Assembly: GCA_022560555.1 (NCBI GenBank)
Contig: JADFSZ010000022.1
Span: forward strand, 1 to 13,626
DNA from: PVC group bacterium
GTDB taxonomy: Bacteria > GCA-001730085 > JADFSZ01
Length of the DNA stretch: 13,626 nucleotides
Reading direction: 5' to 3'
The notes beneath the pieces were generated by a model. The model was given only the letters and a program-made list of their open reading frames with translations. It was not told where the DNA came from and searched no databases. Numbering within the stretch: position 1 is the stretch's first letter; each line of letters opens with the position of its first letter. Below, piece by piece: positions 1-5,069 of the stretch. A program made the position numbers and the translations under genes.

Positions 1-189
1 GCCACCCTTATCCAGATTCACACTAAGCAAAACCTTCCAATCCGGCCTTGTCACTTTGCTGCTTACCCCATATTCTGAATCTTTCAAGATATGTTTTTTA
101 AAGACATCCCGTGTGGCGGACTCCTTTCTGACAATATAAACCGTAATAGGCTGATCCTTTTCCCCAACTTCTTTCCAGTTTCCAGGACT
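1..189 (-). CDS. Partial open reading frame running off the left edge (63 codons, no stop). It is in the same frame as ORF 190..462 and separated from it only by a TAA. Either the 3' part of a disrupted gene or a separate gene with no recognisable start.
   Basis: My translation of the minus strand below 190: SPGNWKEVGEKDQPITVYIVRKESATRDVFKKHILKDSEYGVSSKVTRPDWKVLLSVNLDKGG. No stop in 63 codons of AT-rich DNA. No in-frame ATG or GTG, only one TTG. Confidence 0.3.
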
Positions 190-462
190 TTACATTTGGG
201 TCAAGTTAATTCCAGTATCACGATTCCAAGGGTCATAATCGACCGGATAAATAAAAACATCTTCATTTGCTGTAAAATTAATAAAAGCATAACATGGATC
301 TAATTCTGTTCCATCACATACAACATCTCCAGAAAATCCAGTGACATCAATTACTCCAAGTGAAAGCATAAACCAAATCAATAAAACACCTAATGGAACT
401 CCGACTGCCCCAACTTTAATTCCCCATCTTTTAACTCTTGACGCTGTTATTCTTCTAGCCAT
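190..462 (-). CDS. Small hypothetical membrane-anchored or secreted protein (90 aa)
   Basis: Basic N-terminus (MARRITASRVKRWGIK) followed by a hydrophobic helix (VGAVGVPLGVLLIWFMLSLGVI). GGAG lies 5 nt upstream of the ATG (minus strand reads cGGAGaaataATG). I recognise no family. Confidence 0.55.
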   Translation of the reverse strand: MARRITASRVKRWGIKVGAVGVPLGVLLIWFMLSLGVIDVTGFSGDVVCDGTELDPCYAFINFTANEDVFIYPVDYDPWNRDTGINLTQM

Positions 463-651
463 TATTTCTCCGAAATTATAAATGTTATTTCCACACCATC
501 ATCAACGTATAATGTACTAGGACAAAATTCGGTAAATTTTCAAACTAACGAAATAGGCGTTCATATATTTATAGATAATAGCATACAAGTAAGTGTAGAA
601 GTTTTCCCAGCAAAAATATTAAGTCAAAGAACTGCAAAAGGATCAACAACT

Positions 652-882
652 GTGATTGCTATGGATAAAGGTAATACTATTGAGCCACGTATTCCTGGTT
701 TTGAAAAAATAATTATATATGTATCTAAAGACGGAATCACTCAGCACGCTGCAAGGCAAATGAGTGATGGTAAGTGGACAAGCAAATTGGGAAGATCTTT
801 TGATGTTAAACATGATTGTATTAATAGATGGTCTGATACAATAATTGGGTTACTTTTTCATCGTTTGTCTGATTATGGATAA
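652..882 (+). CDS. Hypothetical small protein with a C-terminal HAARQ...GKWTSKLG...H motif. Start is uncertain (GTG 652 or ATG 661), and the frame is open upstream to 457.
   Basis: ORF track. The segment EKIIIYVSKDGITQHAARQMSDGKWTSKLGRSFDVKHD resembles, from memory, the C-terminal half of an uncharacterised bacterial family. No clear SD. Possibly a degraded gene (see findings). Confidence 0.4.
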   Translation: MIAMDKGNTIEPRIPGFEKIIIYVSKDGITQHAARQMSDGKWTSKLGRSFDVKHDCINRWSDTIIGLLFHRLSDYG

Positions 883-911
883 ATTGGTACAGTTCTAAAA
901 AGAAAAGTTTA

Positions 912-975
912 GTGCCCAAACTGTGCCCATCCAAGACAAAAACATCGGGTAAGAACGGGTAACAAAGGGGAACAA
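912..975. promoter_or_regulatory. Two sets of helically phased direct repeats just upstream of promoter P1; candidate transcription-factor binding array
   Basis: GTGCCCA at 912..918 and 923..929 (11-bp period). Three tandem 10-mers: CGGGTAAGAA (946..955), CGGGTAACAA (956..965), AGGGGAACAA (966..975). The array ends 17 bp before the -35 hexamer. Confidence 0.35.
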
Positions 976-992
976 CCAGACTCACTAAAGTA

Positions 993-1020
993 TTGACAAG
1001 TCAGCAGATACATTTATAAT
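993..1020 (+). promoter_or_regulatory. Sigma-70 type promoter P1 with perfect consensus hexamers
   Basis: TTGACA (993..998), 16-nt spacer, TATAAT (1015..1020). Predicted TSS near 1027. Confidence 0.6.
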
Positions 1021-1026
1021 ACACTG

Positions 1027-1110
1027 AAAACAATGAAGTTGGGAAATCATTACTAAACGAATCCCGACCTCTCCGCCAATAAAAAAGGCATCCTGCAGGA
1101 TGCCTTTTTT
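1027..1110 (+). ncRNA. Candidate ~85-nt small RNA bounded by P1 and an intrinsic terminator
   Basis: Predicted fold by eye. A 7-bp stem GUUGGGA (1038..1044) pairs with UCCCGAC (1062..1068) around a 17-nt loop. A single-stranded CU-rich linker CCUCUCCGCCAAUAAAAAA follows, then the terminator hairpin and U6 tail. It contains only a 7-codon ORF without SD. Confidence 0.35.
1081..1110. terminator. Rho-independent terminator, bidirectional by symmetry
   Basis: AAAAAA-GGCATCCTGCAGGATGCC-TTTTTT: an 18-nt perfect palindrome (GC-rich 7-bp stem, TGCA loop) flanked by A6 and T6. Confidence 0.8.
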
Positions 1111-1271
1111 ATTGGCCTGACTAGATTGATTTGAACCCGAGGTTCCGAGGGTTGCTTCGAATCCTGACTTCATCCCGAGTCTGGAGCCCTGAAAGCCCGT
1201 GCCTGAATTTCGAGGATCGAAGATCATCGGAAGATCAGGCCTCCGAAGCGGAGGCTTCTAACAGCGTAAGT

Positions 1272-1300
1272 TTGCAAAACAGAGCTAATAATTTTATTAT
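1272..1300 (+). promoter_or_regulatory. Promoter-like motif abutting the tRNA 5' end
   Basis: TTGCAA (1272..1277), 17-nt spacer, TATTAT (1295..1300). The -10 hexamer ends 1 nt before the mature tRNA 5' end, so the usual TSS distance would fall inside the acceptor stem. Function is questionable. Confidence 0.3.
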
Positions 1301-1374
1301 GCGCCTGTAGCTCAGTTGGATAGAGCGTTGGCCTCCGAAGCCAAAGGTCGCAGGTTCGACTCCTGCCAGGCGCG
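1301..1374 (+). tRNA. tRNA-Arg, anticodon CCG
   Basis: Hand-folded cloverleaf. Acceptor GCGCCTG/CAGGCGC, D arm GCTC-AGTTGGATA-GAGC, anticodon arm TTGGC-CTCCGAA-GCCAA, variable loop AGGTC, T arm GCAGG-TTCGACT-CCTGC, discriminator G. CCA is not encoded. Confidence 0.95.
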
Positions 1375-1385
1375 CATTTTTTATT

Positions 1386-2192
1386 ATGGATAATAAAGAG
1401 CAACGATATAGCAATCAGCCCGGATGTTTCATCATGCTTCTTCTCCTTGCCTTGATGTTTGGCGGGGCGCGCCTGTTTTTGATTTTGTTCGGGCTGATGT
1501 ATATCTTATTCCCTCTCTTGGTCATTGCGATTCCGGTGATTTTTCTTGTCAGCTCTATGCGCCGGAAATCCACAATACAAAACTACATCAATACGCAGAC
1601 TCAAGACCACAATCGTTTTGTCGAATTGTTTGTCCGGATTTTGGCTCGAATGGTTCAAGCGGACGGGGTTGTGGACCCCCATGAGATCGCAGCCATTCGT
1701 AAATATTTTCAATACCAAATGCGCTTAGGAAGCGAACAACTGCAATGGATTAAAGATATTCTTAAGGACGCGTTAAAAAAACCGGATTCTGTTGAAGATT
1801 TATGTCGTGAGTTCAACGCGAGTTTTGGGTATGAACCTAAGCTGGTGCTTTGTGATCTCCTTTACCGTGTGGCGTTTGCGGATGGGGAATTTGATAAAAG
1901 CGAGCAAGATCTCCTCCGGGACATAGTCGCTCTTTTAGGGATCCATGAGCATCACCACAAGAGTATACGCGGACAATATGTTTCAGGAGAGGATGATCAA
2001 AGATACTATGAGATTTTAGGCTTGGAGCCCGGTGCGGATTTCGAGGGAGTGCGTGACGCTTACAAAAAAATGAGTCAGCAGTTTCATCCCGACAAAGTAA
2101 CCCATTTGGGTCCGGAGTTTGCACGGGTGGCCGAAGATAAAATGAAGCTGATCAATGAGGCCTACCAGTATTTGAAAAAGAAGCTCGTTTGA
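1386..2192 (+). CDS. djlA: DjlA-type membrane-anchored J-domain co-chaperone (TM region, TerB-like domain, C-terminal DnaJ domain)
   Basis: N-terminal hydrophobic stretch (FIMLLLLALMFGG..., LFPLLVIAIPVIFLV). Two TerB-like repeats (ARMVQADGVVDPHEIAAIRKYF and LYRVAFADGEFDKSEQDLLRDI). J domain YYEILGLEPGADFEGVRDAYKKMSQQFHPDKV with the HPD motif. At 268 aa it matches E. coli DjlA in size and architecture. Start is uncertain: no SD, with an alternative in-frame ATG at 1434. Confidence 0.8.
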   Translation: MDNKEQRYSNQPGCFIMLLLLALMFGGARLFLILFGLMYILFPLLVIAIPVIFLVSSMRRKSTIQNYINTQTQDHNRFVELFVRILARMVQADGVVDPHEIAAIRKYFQYQMRLGSEQLQWIKDILKDALKKPDSVEDLCREFNASFGYEPKLVLCDLLYRVAFADGEFDKSEQDLLRDIVALLGIHEHHHKSIRGQYVSGEDDQRYYEILGLEPGADFEGVRDAYKKMSQQFHPDKVTHLGPEFARVAEDKMKLINEAYQYLKKKLV

Positions 2193-2241
2193 GCCTTTCA
2201 GCCCCCCTTCGTCAAAGCCTGATTAAGCTAAGCTTATAGTA

Positions 2242-2269
2242 TTGACAAATAGGAGGCACATACTATAAT
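2242..2269 (+). promoter_or_regulatory. Sigma-70 type promoter P2 with perfect consensus hexamers
   Basis: TTGACA (2242..2247), 16-nt spacer, TATAAT (2264..2269). Predicted TSS near 2276. Shares the extended AGTATTGACAA with P1. Confidence 0.6.
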
Positions 2270-2302
2270 AGCGGTTCCCTCATACGGGGCGTGCTGTATG
2301 TG

Positions 2303-2332
2303 AAGGAGGATAGTTGTTATCCTCCTTTTTTT
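2303..2332 (+). terminator. Strong rho-independent terminator between djlA/P2 and uppS
   Basis: AGGAGGATA (2304..2312), loop GTTGT, TATCCTCCT (2318..2326), giving a 9-10 bp stem followed by a T7 run to 2332. Confidence 0.8.
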
Positions 2333-2383
2333 ATCATTCATGCAAAAGGCCCCAGGCTAAAATTTTTGTAATATACTAATACT

Positions 2384-3097
2384 ATGAATGTTCCAAAGCA
2401 TATAGCGATCATTATGGATGGGAATGGACGCTGGGCAAAAAAGCGGTTTTTGCCTCGAATCGCAGGCCACATAAAGGGGGCTGAGGTTCTTAGAAAGACA
2501 GTCCGTTTTAGCGGGGAGCTGGGTCTTGAATATCTCACGCTTTATGCTTTTTCAGAAGATAACTGGAAGAGGCCGGAAGAGGAAGTTCAGGGTCTCATAA
2601 CGATTTTAAGAAATTTTTTGGCCGAGAACACAAAGGAAATGGTCCAGAACAATGTCCGCGTGAACATATTTGGCCATATTGAAGATTGGCCCAAGGATAT
2701 TCAGGAAGCGCTTAGGAAAATTTGCGATATGAGCCGCTCAAATACGGGAATTGTTTTGAATGTGGCTTTGAATTACGGTGGGCGTACGGAAATTGTTGAT
2801 GCCGTAAAGAAAATTGCCGGACAGGTTAAAGACGGACTTATTTCTGTTGAAGATATCAATGAGCGTATTGTGTCGGATGCCATGTACACGGCAGGCATCC
2901 CGGATCCCGATTTATTGATCCGGACAAGCGGAGAAATGCGCATCAGTGATTTTTTGCTTTGGCAAATTTCCTATACGGAAATATTCGTGACAAAAACATT
3001 CTGGCCCGATTTTTCCAAAAAAGACATGTTAGAAGCCATCGAAGATTATAATAAACGCGAACGGAGATTTGGCGGTATCTTAAGCAGCGGCAAATAA
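2384..3097 (+). CDS. uppS: Undecaprenyl-diphosphate synthase (cis-prenyltransferase)
   Basis: Family hallmarks HIAIIMDGNGRWAKKR near the N-terminus and IRTSGEMRISDFLLWQISYTEI near the C-terminus. 237 aa. Conserved uppS-cdsA-rseP synteny. Confidence 0.95.
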   Translation: MNVPKHIAIIMDGNGRWAKKRFLPRIAGHIKGAEVLRKTVRFSGELGLEYLTLYAFSEDNWKRPEEEVQGLITILRNFLAENTKEMVQNNVRVNIFGHIEDWPKDIQEALRKICDMSRSNTGIVLNVALNYGGRTEIVDAVKKIAGQVKDGLISVEDINERIVSDAMYTAGIPDPDLLIRTSGEMRISDFLLWQISYTEIFVTKTFWPDFSKKDMLEAIEDYNKRERRFGGILSSGK

Positions 3098-3104
3098 AAC
3101 TGAC

Positions 3105-3932
3105 ATGAAGCCTAGATTAACGAGTGCTTTCTTCTTGGTGTTGTTTTTGTTTACCTGGCTCTTTTTTACCGGGGAAGTTCTTTTTACGATTATTTCGATC
3201 GGTGTGATTGCTTGGACGCTTTTTGAGTTCTTTTCGGCCGTCAAAAGATGCAAAGCCTATCGTCCTTTCGCGACGATTGGAATCATTGGCGGGGTCCTGA
3301 TTATGTCGTATCAGGCTCTATTGGAATTGGCTCCTGATATTTCTGATCAAACAAATCAGTGCATCGCTCTTGTTCTTTTTATGATTTTTGCATCCGAAAT
3401 ATTTCGGAAGGAAAAGCAAAATTCGATTGCCAACATCGCTTTAACGGTTTTTGGAGTTTTTTTTCTCGCGTTTTTAGGATCTTACATGATAAAGATCCGG
3501 TTTTTGCCTCACGCGCGCCTATGGATTTTATTCCTTTTTGTTGTAGCGAAAATGAATGATGTGGGCGCCTATGTGATTGGTTCTCGTTTCGGCCATGTGA
3601 AGTTGGCGAAATATATCAGCCCCAAAAAAACCGTTGAAGGAGCTGTCGGGGGTGTTCTGATCGGGGTCCTTTCCGGCTTAGGGCTTTGGTTGGTTTTAGA
3701 TGAGTATCACACATTTATTGGTCTAACCGGAGTCATCGGTTTGTCCTTTATCCTGGGGATTATTGGCCAGCTGGGAGATTTATTTGAATCCTTGTTAAAG
3801 CGCGATCTTAAAATAAAGGATTTTGGTCATTTTATACCCGGGTTTGGCGGGGTATTGGATTTGCTCGACAGTATGTATTTTGCGACACCGGCCTTATATT
3901 TCTATATTACGGAAGTGATACAACTTAACTAA
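3105..3932 (+). CDS. cdsA: Phosphatidate cytidylyltransferase family (CDP-diglyceride synthase), with atypical signature residues
   Basis: Polytopic membrane protein of 275 aa. C-terminal CTP-transferase-1 signature region SLLKRDLKIKDFGHFIPGFGGVLDLLDS, and the expected position after uppS. Two normally conserved residues differ (see findings). Confidence 0.85.
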   Translation: MKPRLTSAFFLVLFLFTWLFFTGEVLFTIISIGVIAWTLFEFFSAVKRCKAYRPFATIGIIGGVLIMSYQALLELAPDISDQTNQCIALVLFMIFASEIFRKEKQNSIANIALTVFGVFFLAFLGSYMIKIRFLPHARLWILFLFVVAKMNDVGAYVIGSRFGHVKLAKYISPKKTVEGAVGGVLIGVLSGLGLWLVLDEYHTFIGLTGVIGLSFILGIIGQLGDLFESLLKRDLKIKDFGHFIPGFGGVLDLLDSMYFATPALYFYITEVIQLN

Positions 3933-3953
3933 AAAAGAAAAAGCAGAGGCATT

Positions 3954-5069
3954 ATGATTGAAACAGTCGGAGTTAACGTTTTCGCGACAATTTTCCTATT
4001 TGGAATCTTGATTTTTATTCATGAGTGGGGCCATTTTATCATGTGCCGTTTGGTCGGTGTTCGTGTTGAGAAATTTTCGTTAGGTTTTGGAAAAAAGATA
4101 TGGTCGTTTTCCCGTAATCATACAGAGTACATGATTTCATGGATTCCTCTCGGCGGTTACGTCAAAATGGCCGGAGAAGAGCCCAAGGATAATGAAAGGC
4201 CCAAGGAGTGGGAATATTATGGGAAAAGTCCCCGCCAAAAAGCCTGGATTCTATCGGGCGGAGTTCTCATGAATGTGGTTCTGGCCATTGTGATTTACTG
4301 TGTGATGTTTTTGGCTGTCGGAAAAACAATTTACACGACACAATTTGACGAGGTTTTACCGGATTATCCCGCTCATCAGGCGGGCTTAGTTGCCAAAGAC
4401 AAGATCATTGCTATTAATGGCGAAAATATTACTCTTTGGGATGAAATGGTTGCCATCGTGCACGCACACCCCGGTGAAGCGTTAGATGTGACAGTTGAAC
4501 GGGATGGAAATGTTTTTCATGCGACGATTGTTCCTCAAGATGAAGTTATAAAGAATATTTTTGGTGAAGACGAACATGTGGGTAAACTCGGGGTTGCTTC
4601 TCCCGGGATCATTACAGAAGAACTGGGTCCCGTCGAAGCTGTGAGAGAAGCTTTGTACCATACGGGTTTTTTGATCAAAACCATGTATCAAGTCATTTGG
4701 AAGCTGGTTACGGGCCAGATGTCACCTAAAGGATTAGGAGGTCCGATTTTGATCTCGAAAATGGCCGGTGACAGCGCGCGGATGGGTATGATTTACTTTT
4801 TTAATCTCGTTGCCGCACTCTCGATCAACCTAGCTGTTTTGAATTTTTTACCGATCCCTATTTTAGATGGCGGTCATATGTTTTTTGTTTTGATTGAAGC
4901 CATCAGGAAAAGACCCGTGAGCGCGAAAATTCAAGAAAACGCTCAGAAAGTCGGATTTGCGATTTTGATGCTACTTATGGTTCTCGTGTTTTACAACGAT
5001 ATAGAGCGTGTGTTTATTAAACCGGCCGCGGAGAACACAACAGAACAGCTAGAGGACAAGGAGCCATGA
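3954..5069 (+). CDS. rseP: RIP (site-2) zinc metalloprotease RseP/RasP family, single PDZ domain
   Basis: HExxH in a TM helix (IHEWGHFIMCR). Central PDZ-like segment (PAHQAGLVAKDKIIAINGENI). C-terminal NLAVLNFLPIPILDGGH motif. 371 aa. Confidence 0.93.
   Translation: MIETVGVNVFATIFLFGILIFIHEWGHFIMCRLVGVRVEKFSLGFGKKIWSFSRNHTEYMISWIPLGGYVKMAGEEPKDNERPKEWEYYGKSPRQKAWILSGGVLMNVVLAIVIYCVMFLAVGKTIYTTQFDEVLPDYPAHQAGLVAKDKIIAINGENITLWDEMVAIVHAHPGEALDVTVERDGNVFHATIVPQDEVIKNIFGEDEHVGKLGVASPGIITEELGPVEAVREALYHTGFLIKTMYQVIWKLVTGQMSPKGLGGPILISKMAGDSARMGMIYFFNLVAALSINLAVLNFLPIPILDGGHMFFVLIEAIRKRPVSAKIQENAQKVGFAILMLLMVLVFYNDIERVFIKPAAENTTEQLEDKEP

Noticed and set aside
91-303. 70-aa ORF on the plus strand
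   Set aside because: It is antisense to the better supported minus-strand frame, which has a TM helix, an SD and an open frame to the window edge. Its sequence is unremarkable and it has no RBS.
1033-1056. 7-codon ORF (MKLGNHY) inside candidate sRNA 1
   Set aside because: No Shine-Dalgarno and too short to evaluate. There is no downstream gene that a leader peptide could regulate before the terminator.
1151-1168. Minus-strand GUCAGGAUUCGAAGCAAC resembles the SRP RNA helix-8 core (GUCAGG..GGAA..AGCAGC) and the tmRNA 5' region (GGAUUCGAC)
   Set aside because: The apical stem and GNRA tetraloop of SRP RNA are missing; only AUUCGA lies between the CAGG and AGCA elements. The motif is not centred in any long hairpin, no tmRNA-like acceptor or T-arm partner exists, and I found no minus-strand promoter. 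I treat it as chance similarity pending a covariance-model scan.
985-1227. 80-aa ORF on the minus strand
   Set aside because: It reads straight through the palindromic terminator hairpin (1087..1104) and promoter P1. It has a low-complexity composition (S/G/Q-rich) and no RBS, so it is most likely a chance ORF in non-coding DNA.
1238-1249. 12-nt tRNA anticodon-arm copy as an attL/attR scar of an integrated element
   Set aside because: The duplicate lies upstream of the tRNA 5' side and does not extend into the tRNA 3' half. No integrase or second repeat is in the window. Classical tRNA-targeted integration leaves the partial copy downstream of the gene. I kept it only as an unexplained repeat within the spacer finding.
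1424-2124. Alternative-frame and antisense ORFs overlapping djlA (1424..1684 +, 1506..1718 -, 1546..1728 +, 1837..2124 -)
   Set aside because: They are nested within a gene with clear domain architecture, and their translations are low-complexity or Arg/Pro/Cys-rich, typical of off-frame reads.
2314-2379. 21-codon TTG-initiated ORF whose SD (AGGAGG) and start lie in the terminator hairpin
   Set aside because: The SD is sequestered in a 9-10 bp stem that is followed by a T7 tract, so terminator function explains the sequence fully. Nothing points to a conserved peptide.
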